From a virus (taxonomy: Duplodnaviria; Caudoviricetes), in IMG/VR virus record IMGVR_UViG_3300009431_000002, positions 128,001 to 192,000 of that record: DNA of 64,000 nt. One strand, written 5' to 3'. Shown here in pieces: positions 43,158 to 51,916 of this stretch (position 1 is the stretch's first letter; the number at the start of each line of letters is the position of its first letter). A program made the position numbers and the translations under genes. The notes under the pieces are model-generated. The model saw only the letters and a list, made by a program, of their open reading frames with translations, did no database searches and was not told where the DNA came from.

Positions 43158-43941
43158 CTTCGAGATGGAACGCGCTACCTGCATGGACTGCGGGAGGCTC
43201 GGCCGGTGCCGAACGGCACGCAGGATCCTGAAGACGACAGGCCCCGACGCCCTACTCACGTACGATTGCGAAACTTGGGAGGTGTGCCCTCCCGTTGTTG
43301 CTGCTGCGAGGCAGCGCGCCCTGGAGACCGCAGGCACACTGGCGGTCAGAGTACTGACAGAACATCATGCAACTCTGGACCTGAAGGAGGGTTCCTACAT
43401 GGCAAGCATCGAGGCCCGCCGGGCCGAACTCGAAGACCTCAGCCGGATGGCACTCCGCAAGATCGCCATCAAGCTCGGGATGGACCACAACGACTCGCTG
43501 AACTACAAGCACGAGGACCTGCTGGAGTGGGTGCTCGAGCAGGAGTTCGGCGGCGAGGCGACCGAGGAGCCGGACAAGAAGCCGGCCCGCAAGGCGGCCG
43601 CGCGCAAGCCCGCCGGCAAGAAGCCCGCCGGCAAGAAGGCCCCCGCCAAGAAGCCGGCCGGCAAGAAGGGCGGCAAGGCCGGCACCGCCGCTCCACCACC
43701 GTCCGACGCCGCCACCAAGGAGGACCTCGGCAACCTGGCCGCCGTCGTCGACTCCCACTCCGACGTGCTGAACGAGCACTCCGAGACCCACGCCACCATC
43801 GTCGCCAACCAGGAGACCATCATCGAGGGCCAGCGCGTCCTCGCCGGCGCCGCCCACCTGGTGTGCCAGATGTACATGGAGCCCGAGGACGCCGCCGCCG
43901 TCGCGGAGCGGCTCGGGGGTCTGCTCGAGGACCCTTCCTAG
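43147..43941 (+). CDS. Protein with histone-H1-like KPAGKK repeats; strong internal in-frame start at 43399
   Basis: N-terminal Cys segment (CMDC..C), then AAGGAGGG-N7-ATG at 43399; KKPARKAAARKPAGKKPAGKKAPAKKPAGKK. Confidence 0.7.
   Translation: MSSDFEMERATCMDCGRLGRCRTARRILKTTGPDALLTYDCETWEVCPPVVAAARQRALETAGTLAVRVLTEHHATLDLKEGSYMASIEARRAELEDLSRMALRKIAIKLGMDHNDSLNYKHEDLLEWVLEQEFGGEATEEPDKKPARKAAARKPAGKKPAGKKAPAKKPAGKKGGKAGTAAPPPSDAATKEDLGNLAAVVDSHSDVLNEHSETHATIVANQETIIEGQRVLAGAAHLVCQMYMEPEDAAAVAERLGGLLEDPS
43576..43677 (+). repeat. Coding tandem repeat (Lys/Pro/Ala/Gly)
   Basis: Repeated AAG(A/C)CC/GCCGGCAAG units encoding KPAGK three times. Confidence 0.75.
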
Positions 43942-43955
43942 ACCCCTCGGACTAC

Positions 43956-44129
43956 GTGCGTGTCGACAGCAACGAGCTCCGGGCGATGATGGAGAACCCG
44001 GATGAGCTGTCGCGCTTCGCCGAGAAGGTCGGACTCGTTGTGCATGCGGGCGAGCAGCCCACGGCCACCCTGACGCGCCTGATGCGTCTCGCGGTCCGGG
44101 CCATTGACAGGCCGGACCTCAGCCTCTGA
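43956..44129 (+). CDS. Small hypothetical protein, start uncertain
   Basis: 3' end of ORF 43206..44129 (VRVDSNELRAMMENPDELSRFAEKVG...) is GC3-rich; no clear RBS. Confidence 0.45.
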   Translation: MRVDSNELRAMMENPDELSRFAEKVGLVVHAGEQPTATLTRLMRLAVRAIDRPDLSL

Positions 44130-44186
44130 CGACACCGGCGGGGCCCCCGGACGGGGGCTCCGCCATCGTCAGCCGCCCCGCTTTTT
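44126..44186. terminator. Long hairpin / probable terminator at a convergent junction
   Basis: GGCGGGGCCCCC-GGAC-GGGGGCTCCGCC stem (44137-44164), extendable by CTGACGA/TCGTCAG, with TTTTT at 44182-44186. Confidence 0.6.
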
Positions 44187-44462
44187 AGATCGCTTCGTTC
44201 GCGCCTTGACGATGCCGGCGAGCCGACCCACGTGGGACGACGTGATCTTGCGGTTGCGACGCACCTTGAGCATCCTCCTGGCGCCCACGGGCCCAGCTCG
44301 CATGGGGGTCACGGCGGGAGGGGGCCCCTCGGCCATCCTCGGGGGCGCGTCGGTCCGCGGCGGTCGGGGCTTGCCCGGCGGCTTGGCGCGCTCGGTGGGG
44401 CGCCTCTCGGCAGCGCAGTACCGCTGGGTCTGCAGGAACACATCGTCTCGAAGCTCGTCCAT
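44169..44462 (-). CDS. Small basic Pro/Arg-rich protein
   Basis: RBS GGGAGG; C-terminus KVRRNRK...KARTKRSKKRGG. Confidence 0.58.
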   Translation of the reverse strand: MDELRDDVFLQTQRYCAAERRPTERAKPPGKPRPPRTDAPPRMAEGPPPAVTPMRAGPVGARRMLKVRRNRKITSSHVGRLAGIVKARTKRSKKRGG

Positions 44463-44463
44463 C

Positions 44464-45477
44464 TCAGCCTCCCCGGTACCGGGTCATCAGGTCTCGCTGC
44501 CCCTGGACCCAGGAGCCGTACAGCCGGTCGAGGTCCTTGCCGTGCTGCTGGAGGTAGGCCGCCTCCTCCGGTGAGCCCTGCTGCGTGGCGACCAGCCCCT
44601 GCTGCAGGGGATTGTACTGGTTCTCCTTGATGTCCCAGACGGGCTTGATGTCCGCGGCGAACTGCGCAGGTTGGACATCGGTCTTGTGCGGCCGCAGGTT
44701 GCGGACGTAGACCTTGGCGTGCTCCGGTGGGATGCCGGCAGTCGCCGCCACCGCCTGCACGTACTCCCTGGGTGGGCCGAACAGGCCCAAGAAGGCCTCC
44801 TTCACCGAGGACTGCTTCTTCTTGCCGGCGATGCGCCGCACCGCCTGCAGCAGCGTCTCGCCGGGCTTCTTCTTCACGGCCGTGCTCAGATTGCCTGCAC
44901 CGGCGGCACCGCCCAGGAGGGCGTGTCGCTTGGCCTGCTCCTTCGTGATCTCCGCTACGGTCTTCTTCCCCGCCGTCTTGCCCTCCTCCGGTTGCTCGTA
45001 CAGCTCGCGGAAGTAGCTGAGGTCCACGGGCTTGCCAGTCAGCCGGGCCTGGACTCCACCCATCTCGCCGACCATCGACCCCGAGGGGTTGAGCATCCGC
45101 AGCTGCGCCTCCTCGTCCGGTGTGAGCGTGCCGCCCTGCAGCTGCCTGGCGACCAGTCCGCGGGCCTTGTTGTACCCGGGGACTGTGGTGCCCATGAGAG
45201 CGCCGAGGCCCAGACCCGCGATGCCGGGCGCACGGAGGGCCCAACGGCCGACCGGCCCCTTCGGGAGGAAGGATGCTGCCGTCAGCGCCGCCCCTCCCGC
45301 CGCGGGGACAGCCGCTGCCGTCATCCCGGCGCGGTTCATCCGCTGCACGTACTCGTCCAGCAGGGGGTCTGCGTCGGGCAGAGCCGGCTGCCCCTCCTGC
45401 GCTGCGGTCTTCACCTCGGCGTCGGAGGCCATCCGCCCCAGATGCTCGACGAACGATGCGTAGACAGCCGGCTCCAT
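44464..45477 (-). CDS. Probable virion-internal protein with KxA motifs and hydrophobic segments
   Basis: ASFVEHLGRMA, VKTAA, VKEAF; AAAVPAAGGAALTAA and GIAGLGLGALMG segments. Confidence 0.62.
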   Translation of the reverse strand: MEPAVYASFVEHLGRMASDAEVKTAAQEGQPALPDADPLLDEYVQRMNRAGMTAAAVPAAGGAALTAASFLPKGPVGRWALRAPGIAGLGLGALMGTTVPGYNKARGLVARQLQGGTLTPDEEAQLRMLNPSGSMVGEMGGVQARLTGKPVDLSYFRELYEQPEEGKTAGKKTVAEITKEQAKRHALLGGAAGAGNLSTAVKKKPGETLLQAVRRIAGKKKQSSVKEAFLGLFGPPREYVQAVAATAGIPPEHAKVYVRNLRPHKTDVQPAQFAADIKPVWDIKENQYNPLQQGLVATQQGSPEEAAYLQQHGKDLDRLYGSWVQGQRDLMTRYRGG

Positions 45478-45480
45478 GGC

Positions 45481-45972
45481 CTACTCCTTGCTGGCGGCGA
45501 TGTCGCGTCCGATCTTCTGCAGCTCCGTGATGAGGATGGCGCCCGGACCTCCGAGGGCAAGGATGAGGGCGTTGTACCACTCCACCCCCGCCGCGAAGTC
45601 CGATAGGAGGTAGACGGCGAAGCCCACCACCACGCAGATGATCCGGAGCACGAACCCCTTCTCGAACAGCTTGCGGAACCAGGTCCTCGCCGCCCACAGC
45701 AGCAGCTTCAGGATGGCCGCGATGAGCCCAGAGATGGCGAGGAACATGGCGGTCTTGTCCCCCTTGGCCGCCTTGACCGCGGCGACACCGTCGATGACGC
45801 CTGTGAGCGCCTCGGCGGCGTCTGCCGGGTCGGCCTCGGCGTCCGGGTCCATGAGCTCGTAGTCGGCCTCCTCGGCCGCGGGTGCGGCACTGTCGTCGTC
45901 CTGGGCGCGCACCTCGGCGCACCAAGCGATGCTCGCAACGAGCGCGAGCGTGATGAGAACGAAGTCTCGCAT
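45481..45972 (-). CDS. Membrane protein (signal-like N-terminus plus about 3 TM helices), holin-like candidate
   Basis: MRDFVLITLALVASIAWCAEVRAQ, acidic linker, three hydrophobic stretches. Confidence 0.6.
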   Translation of the reverse strand: MRDFVLITLALVASIAWCAEVRAQDDDSAAPAAEEADYELMDPDAEADPADAAEALTGVIDGVAAVKAAKGDKTAMFLAISGLIAAILKLLLWAARTWFRKLFEKGFVLRIICVVVGFAVYLLSDFAAGVEWYNALILALGGPGAILITELQKIGRDIAASKE

Positions 45973-45985
45973 GACGTCTCCCTTC

Positions 45986-48900
45986 CTAGCCCGGCCGCAG
46001 CCGGTCCCACTCGTAGGTCATCCGCAGGCCGCGGAACTTCATCGCCGCGGACCGACGGAGGATCCTGAGGTAGGTCTCCTTGTCCTCGTCCGCCTGCGAG
46101 ATCTTCGTCCACGACGCCATCGCCGTCGGCGGGATCTCCGGCTTCCTCCGGTCCAGGCTCATCCAGTATGGGCTGTACATCCCCGACCCGAGCCACGGGC
46201 CATCGACCGCCGGGTCTGGCGCGTCGCCGTTCTTGCCGAGCACGTCCCCGTGCGGGGTGTCGACGTCGCCGCGGCCCCAGGCGTCGATGATGGCGTAGTA
46301 GGCGAACTGCCGTGTGTCGGCCACCCACACCTCCGGCTTGCTGTGCCGGAACGGCACCACCTCGGGGTCCGGGTCATCGCCACCCTGCCCGGTCAAGAAG
46401 AAGTACCGGCGGCGAGCGAACATCTCCGCGCCGATGGGGAGGTTCCACAGCGCCCCGCCGTAGTGGCCGACGAAGTTGGTGCGGATGGCGCTGTTCACCG
46501 GGAGGTACGTGGGCTCCTCCGGGAGCACCATGTAGCTACCGAACAGCACCTCGTAGAAGCCGACGTCCTGGTGGCGGAGCCCTGCGTCCCACGGGTCCTC
46601 GAAGTTGCAGCGCACGCTGGCGTGCACCCCGTTCTCGAAGGCGCCGCCGGACGGGTCGTTCGAGAACTCGTTCCCGATGCGCCTCACGGCCTCGTCGGCG
46701 TCGGGGAACAGATGCAGCCGGACGATGCGGATGCGGCAGCCGACCAGGTCGTCCTCCGCCCCCGGCCCGACGAACGGTCTGCGGTCCCCCCAGATGGTGA
46801 GCTTCGCCTTGTGGTCCTCGCCGTCGTCGTAGAACTGCGGCTGGAACGACATCTGCAGGTCGGCCCCGATGATCCGGGCGCCATGCGGCACCCGCAGCGG
46901 GACGATGAACCCGACGCGCGATGGCGGCGCGTAGCCGTCCGTGTCCTCGTCGCCGAGCGGGTCGCCTCCGGTCCGCGACAGGTAGTGGACGTAGGGGTCG
47001 GTCCACTTCATCAAGAACCGGATGGACGCCGAGTCGATGCCGCGGCGGAAGTCGATGAAGTCAGCGACGCGGCACCAAGCACGGTGGTCGTGCTGCTCGC
47101 CGTCCTCCTTCTCGTAGTTGCAGTTGAGCATGAAGTGCGCAGGTGGATCGATGGGGAGATCCAGCCCGACGTAGTCCGACGTCGCCTTGATGGATGGCTC
47201 CGCGGCGTACCCCGGTGGCAGGTACAGCTGGGCGTCGCCAGGGCCCATCACCATGTAGTCCCGGATGGGGCTGAGGGCCCGGAAGCCCTGCGCGGAGACC
47301 GTGCCTTCGACGACACGGCTGCCCTGGTCGACCAGCACCTGGTGGTCCTGGTCCACGGAGATCTGCCAGAGGTGGAGGCGTCCTCGCTGTGCGATGAGGA
47401 GCGGCGCGTCGGCCGTGATCTTGCCGATGCCGATCTCCACGCGCCAGTCGTTCTCCTCCTCAAAGGTCATCATGTTGGCTTCGCGGAGCCGCTCTCCGAG
47501 GTTGAGGTGCACCTCGTACTTCGAGGCGGCCGCGGCGTTCACCGGGACCATGACGGACGCCATCTGATGCACCGTGCCATTGTCGCTGACGAGCCGGGCG
47601 ATGACCTCGACTTCGGTCTGGTCGATGTTGCCGAGGATCGTCTCGAAACGAGCCTCGAAGCGCACCACCACGTTGTAGTGGTGGTTCCGGAGCAGCCGCT
47701 GCCCCTTCTCCAGCGCACGGTACATGTTCCGAGGGACATACAGCGCCACGCCCGGGTCGTGTTCGTACTCGAAGTACATGGCCCACGGGTCACCGAGGGC
47801 AGCCCCCACACCGGGTCCGGTGCCAGCGTAGAACGTCCCGCTCGGAGTCTGGTTCTTGATCAGGTTCCGCGTCCACACCCACTCCGAGTTCCAGAAGTTC
47901 ATGGCGTTGTCGGCGCGGGAGCTCAACGCGTCGTCGAGGAACGGGCCGAAGTTGGGCGGCGCCGGTGCGATCATGCGCCCGTAGGCGCCGCACCACCCGC
48001 TGTTGAGGAACGGCTCCTCGGCCAGCCAGTCGCTCGTCGGATCCGTGATCATCTCGCCGATGTCGCTGTCGCCGTGCCCGTAGGGCTGGTCGATCATCCC
48101 GGCCAGTGAGTGTGGTGCGTGGTAGAACTTGCCGTAGGCTGGCCACGCCGGCTCCGGGCTCGTGAGGTTGATCAGGTCGCCCCCACGCAGTAGCGTCGTC
48201 GTGTCGTTCATCCGGGCCCCAATCACGGGGTACTCGTGCGGCGCGCGGTCGCGCAGCAGCTCGATGGGGGCCGGCTGCGGGCCGCCTGCGCTGGAACCTC
48301 CGCCCGAACCGCCGCCCGGCCCGCCGCTTCCGAAGTCCTTCCCGACGATATAGGGGACCTTGGTCTCGGTGCCGTACAGCGTGAACCCGGCCACGTCCAC
48401 GTAGCCGTAGTGCCACCGCGCGCCGAGGACCGCCAGCGATGGCGCCGCCGGGTCACCGTCTGCCCACGTCAGCGGCGCTGCGATGGTGTTGGTGCCGAGG
48501 AGCTCGAGCTCCAGGGTGTAGTCGGGCATCGCCGCCTGGTCGACCGGCACGGCGTTGATGATGACGTAGATGCCGTCGTCGTCCGCCGACCCGGAGATCT
48601 CCACTTGGCAGCCGATGAAACGGTCGAAGGGCTCCCAGAGACGGATCGTCGCGTCGGAGACGACGAACTGCACGGTTCCGCTGGTGCGGATCGCCCTCGA
48701 TTTCGTCGGGTCCGGCGGAAGGAGCCCAGTGATCTGAATGTCCCCGGTGAGCCCCCACGGCTGGATCTGGCCAGGCCACCCGAGTCGTGCCTGCCCGCGG
48801 GTGATGGCGCCCAGAGGCACAGGCGCCGCCTCGTAGTACCTGTCCTCCGGCAACATCATCGGGTGCAGGGAGTGCATGAAGGCGCCAGCCTGCTCCGAGT

Positions 48901-51900
48901 AGATGCCGCCGCGGTGGATGTCGTTGTGGTCCGCCGACCACATCCGGGCGTCCGGCTGGTACATGGCGCCGGTGAACTCGTGCGCCCCGCTCTGCAGCTG
49001 GGTCTGCGGGTTCTCGCCGGCGGCGACGATGGCGGCCGCGCTCTCCAGCCACGGATAGTCCATGGACACGAAGTTGGTGTTCCCGGTCTCCTTGCTGAGA
49101 ACGAACAGCCCCGGGTCCCACCCGAGTTGGACCAGCATGCCGGCGCCGCCGCGCATCATCGGGCCGGTCTTGGTCTGGTCCAGCGACCGCGTCAGGGCCT
49201 GCATGTACATGGCCCAGTAACCACGGTAGCTGGCACCGGCGTTGTCCGGGTCGCCGTAGTGGCGGTTGAACAGGCCGTAGGCCGGCGAGTACGAGGTGAA
49301 TCGCATCGCCGGGCCTCTCGTCGCGTCCGGGATGCGGTCGATGGACTTGAAGGAGGGGTCGTTGAGGTTGGCCCACAGGCCCGAGCCGACGCCACGCCAG
49401 CCGATGCCGACCACGCCCTGCAGGTTGTCGAGGTCGTAGCCGTCCTCGTAGAAGAACTTGCCGATGCGCCGGATGCCCGCCGACGCCGCGATGGGCGTGA
49501 GGTCGAATGTCTCGTTGGACAGCTCCGTGGCCACGTACAGGTGGGCCTTCGCCTCTCCTGTTGCGTCCGCGGCGAAGTTGGGCTTGCTGCCGTCGAGGTT
49601 CGCCAGTCGCAGCCGCCCGGCGCCAGCGCCCATCTCACCCTGCACCACGTGGTACCAGCCCGCGTTCTCCTGGCTGTGGGTGATGGCGATGTACCCGCCC
49701 GGCCGGTACTCGCCGGTGTCGTCGTCGTACCCGAACCGGACGTTGCCGGAGTCCGTGGGGTCGAACGGCACGCGGATCCAGTCGTCGCCACCGTCGAAGG
49801 TGATGTCGAAGTACCGGAGGATCGAGGCGTCGCCCGAGTGCTGCGGCGCCTCACGGAGGGCGTTGAGGGCGTGGCCCGGGTCGTAGTCCCCGTAGGGGTT
49901 CATGTCCTCGAAGTACACGCCGCCCCACCGAGCGGTCGGGTTGACCTGCTCGATGACGTGCCAGACCATGGCCGCGTTCCAGTCCTCGAACCGGCCCTCG
50001 ATGATCGCGTACTCCTCCACGCTCCCGACGGGGATCTGCCCCGGGGCGGAGGTCTCCTCCGAGACGATGACGCTCTCGGAGTCCAGGTAGTCGATGATCT
50101 TGAACGTGGCGTTGGGGTCGAGCCCGGCCGGCAGTGCGCCGCGGACCAGGATGTACCGCCCCACGTCGTCCAGCGTGAACGCCTCACCCGTGGCGAAGAA
50201 GATGTTGCCGGCGAGGAACTGCGCCGGGACCCCAGGCGTGCCGGTGCGCAGCACCGTCCCCGGCTTCGGGGTGCGGGTGCTGTTGACCTGCCACCGCGGC
50301 GGCCGGTCGTCCACCTCCACCATGAACCCGCCGCCGGCGCCGCGGCCCTGACCGTCGTAGGCGCCCTGCAGGGTGGTGCGGCGCCACTGCAGCTCCTGGG
50401 TGACGTCGGGCTCGCCGGCGTACGTCGAGCCGCCGGCGATGCTGTGGGCGAAGGGCGCCGACGTGAAGTCGTCGGTGCTGTCGACCAGCGGCCCCTTCAT
50501 CTTGCGGATGACCTCCTGCACCAGGTCGTCCACCTCGTCGAAGGAGCGGATGTTCATGCGCAGGAAGTGGTCCACCGGCATGTTCGCCAGCGTCACGGCC
50601 GCGCCGCAGACCACCTTGAACAGGGTACCGGCGGGGATGGCCGGCTCGAAGGTGAGCCAGATGCCGTCGGCGAACAGGCCACCCGAGCTGACCTCGACGC
50701 TCCCGAAGGCCCCGGAGGTGTCGGGGTTCAGCTCTGCGCGGTCTCCCGGTGTCCAGGCGCCGAGCTCGAGGTGCTCCTCGTCGATGACGCGCTCGACCCG
50801 GTAGGTGCCGTCGTGGTTGAAGGGGTCGTTGATCGTCGAGCCCGACACGACGGCCTTGTCGCCGTCGACCACGCCGTCGGTGATGAAGGTCGCGCCGGCC
50901 ACGCGGACCACGCAGCGGTTCTGGATCTCGTCGATGGGGACGGCCGCGGTCTTGATGCAGTCCACGCCCAGGACGTTCGAGCCGTCGTGCGTGGTCCAGT
51001 CGGCCACGTCGATCAGCGGGTTGGTCGGCGGGCTGGTCTCGTCCACGAAGTCGGGCGTCGGCGCCACACGCTGGCCGCGATGGACACCTGCGACCCGGAC
51101 GGCCTCGCCGCCCTCGATGATCTCGACCAGGTCGTTGCGCATCACGGCGAAGAACTGGCCGATCTCCGTGAGGGTCGACAGCCGGTCGACGTACCCGTTG
51201 CCGACGTAGATGCGCTCCTCCAGCAGGGGCCACGGCGACAGGTCGCTGAGGTCGAGCTGGACGATGTTGCCGGCGCCGTCGGTCACGATGCGCGCCGCCC
51301 AGTTCGGGTCGGTCTCGTCGACGTCGACCTCCATGCCGCGGGCCAGCTCCCGGGTCACGGTCTGGTACAGGCTCTCCGTGTTGGCGGACAGCAGCATGAG
51401 GCCGCGGTTCTGCGCGTCCGCCGCCATCTGGTCGCCGGTGGCGATGAACCCAGTGCCCAAGGGGTTGTTGTCCACGCGGCCCCTGGGCGGGGTCCAGGCG
51501 ACGTCCCCGGACTCTACGCGGGAGATGGGGTTCGGCCACCGCGGGAAGCCGAGGTAGAAGCTGGCGTCGACGCCGGCGCTGACCGGCACGATGGTGACCG
51601 ATGCCCCGGCACCGATGGTCGACGAGTAGATGGCGACGAAGCCCTCCTCCTCCTTGGCCGTCCCCGTCACACCGAGCGCGGCGTCGATGTCCGCCACGAT
51701 GGTGGTGATGTCCAGCGCAGACAGCACCACTTCCACCGGGGCGTCAACGTCGGGGTCGCCGTCGATCAGCACAGCCAGCCGTGCGGGAAGGGTCAGCCCC
51801 GGGAACTCGCGGGAGGTGTCGTCGCGGCGGATCTGCCCACGGATGTAGGGCTGGGACAGGACGTCGATGGGGGTGTTCCCCATCAAGAACGGGCGTCGGA

Positions 51901-51916
51901 GGAAGCGAAGGCTCAT
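45986..51916 (-). CDS. Large tail/tail-fibre-associated structural protein (1976 aa)
   Basis: Acidic, Gly/Pro-rich beta-type composition within the baseplate cluster; coupled to the upstream gene; strong GC3 bias. Confidence 0.65.
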   Translation of the reverse strand: MSLRFLRRPFLMGNTPIDVLSQPYIRGQIRRDDTSREFPGLTLPARLAVLIDGDPDVDAPVEVVLSALDITTIVADIDAALGVTGTAKEEEGFVAIYSSTIGAGASVTIVPVSAGVDASFYLGFPRWPNPISRVESGDVAWTPPRGRVDNNPLGTGFIATGDQMAADAQNRGLMLLSANTESLYQTVTRELARGMEVDVDETDPNWAARIVTDGAGNIVQLDLSDLSPWPLLEERIYVGNGYVDRLSTLTEIGQFFAVMRNDLVEIIEGGEAVRVAGVHRGQRVAPTPDFVDETSPPTNPLIDVADWTTHDGSNVLGVDCIKTAAVPIDEIQNRCVVRVAGATFITDGVVDGDKAVVSGSTINDPFNHDGTYRVERVIDEEHLELGAWTPGDRAELNPDTSGAFGSVEVSSGGLFADGIWLTFEPAIPAGTLFKVVCGAAVTLANMPVDHFLRMNIRSFDEVDDLVQEVIRKMKGPLVDSTDDFTSAPFAHSIAGGSTYAGEPDVTQELQWRRTTLQGAYDGQGRGAGGGFMVEVDDRPPRWQVNSTRTPKPGTVLRTGTPGVPAQFLAGNIFFATGEAFTLDDVGRYILVRGALPAGLDPNATFKIIDYLDSESVIVSEETSAPGQIPVGSVEEYAIIEGRFEDWNAAMVWHVIEQVNPTARWGGVYFEDMNPYGDYDPGHALNALREAPQHSGDASILRYFDITFDGGDDWIRVPFDPTDSGNVRFGYDDDTGEYRPGGYIAITHSQENAGWYHVVQGEMGAGAGRLRLANLDGSKPNFAADATGEAKAHLYVATELSNETFDLTPIAASAGIRRIGKFFYEDGYDLDNLQGVVGIGWRGVGSGLWANLNDPSFKSIDRIPDATRGPAMRFTSYSPAYGLFNRHYGDPDNAGASYRGYWAMYMQALTRSLDQTKTGPMMRGGAGMLVQLGWDPGLFVLSKETGNTNFVSMDYPWLESAAAIVAAGENPQTQLQSGAHEFTGAMYQPDARMWSADHNDIHRGGIYSEQAGAFMHSLHPMMLPEDRYYEAAPVPLGAITRGQARLGWPGQIQPWGLTGDIQITGLLPPDPTKSRAIRTSGTVQFVVSDATIRLWEPFDRFIGCQVEISGSADDDGIYVIINAVPVDQAAMPDYTLELELLGTNTIAAPLTWADGDPAAPSLAVLGARWHYGYVDVAGFTLYGTETKVPYIVGKDFGSGGPGGGSGGGSSAGGPQPAPIELLRDRAPHEYPVIGARMNDTTTLLRGGDLINLTSPEPAWPAYGKFYHAPHSLAGMIDQPYGHGDSDIGEMITDPTSDWLAEEPFLNSGWCGAYGRMIAPAPPNFGPFLDDALSSRADNAMNFWNSEWVWTRNLIKNQTPSGTFYAGTGPGVGAALGDPWAMYFEYEHDPGVALYVPRNMYRALEKGQRLLRNHHYNVVVRFEARFETILGNIDQTEVEVIARLVSDNGTVHQMASVMVPVNAAAASKYEVHLNLGERLREANMMTFEEENDWRVEIGIGKITADAPLLIAQRGRLHLWQISVDQDHQVLVDQGSRVVEGTVSAQGFRALSPIRDYMVMGPGDAQLYLPPGYAAEPSIKATSDYVGLDLPIDPPAHFMLNCNYEKEDGEQHDHRAWCRVADFIDFRRGIDSASIRFLMKWTDPYVHYLSRTGGDPLGDEDTDGYAPPSRVGFIVPLRVPHGARIIGADLQMSFQPQFYDDGEDHKAKLTIWGDRRPFVGPGAEDDLVGCRIRIVRLHLFPDADEAVRRIGNEFSNDPSGGAFENGVHASVRCNFEDPWDAGLRHQDVGFYEVLFGSYMVLPEEPTYLPVNSAIRTNFVGHYGGALWNLPIGAEMFARRRYFFLTGQGGDDPDPEVVPFRHSKPEVWVADTRQFAYYAIIDAWGRGDVDTPHGDVLGKNGDAPDPAVDGPWLGSGMYSPYWMSLDRRKPEIPPTAMASWTKISQADEDKETYLRILRRSAAMKFRGLRMTYEWDRLRPG

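Noticed and set aside
43925-43945. Canonical -1 programmed frameshift site
   Set aside because: GAC CCT TCC TAG is not an X XXY YYZ heptamer; kept only as a weak possibility in the findings.
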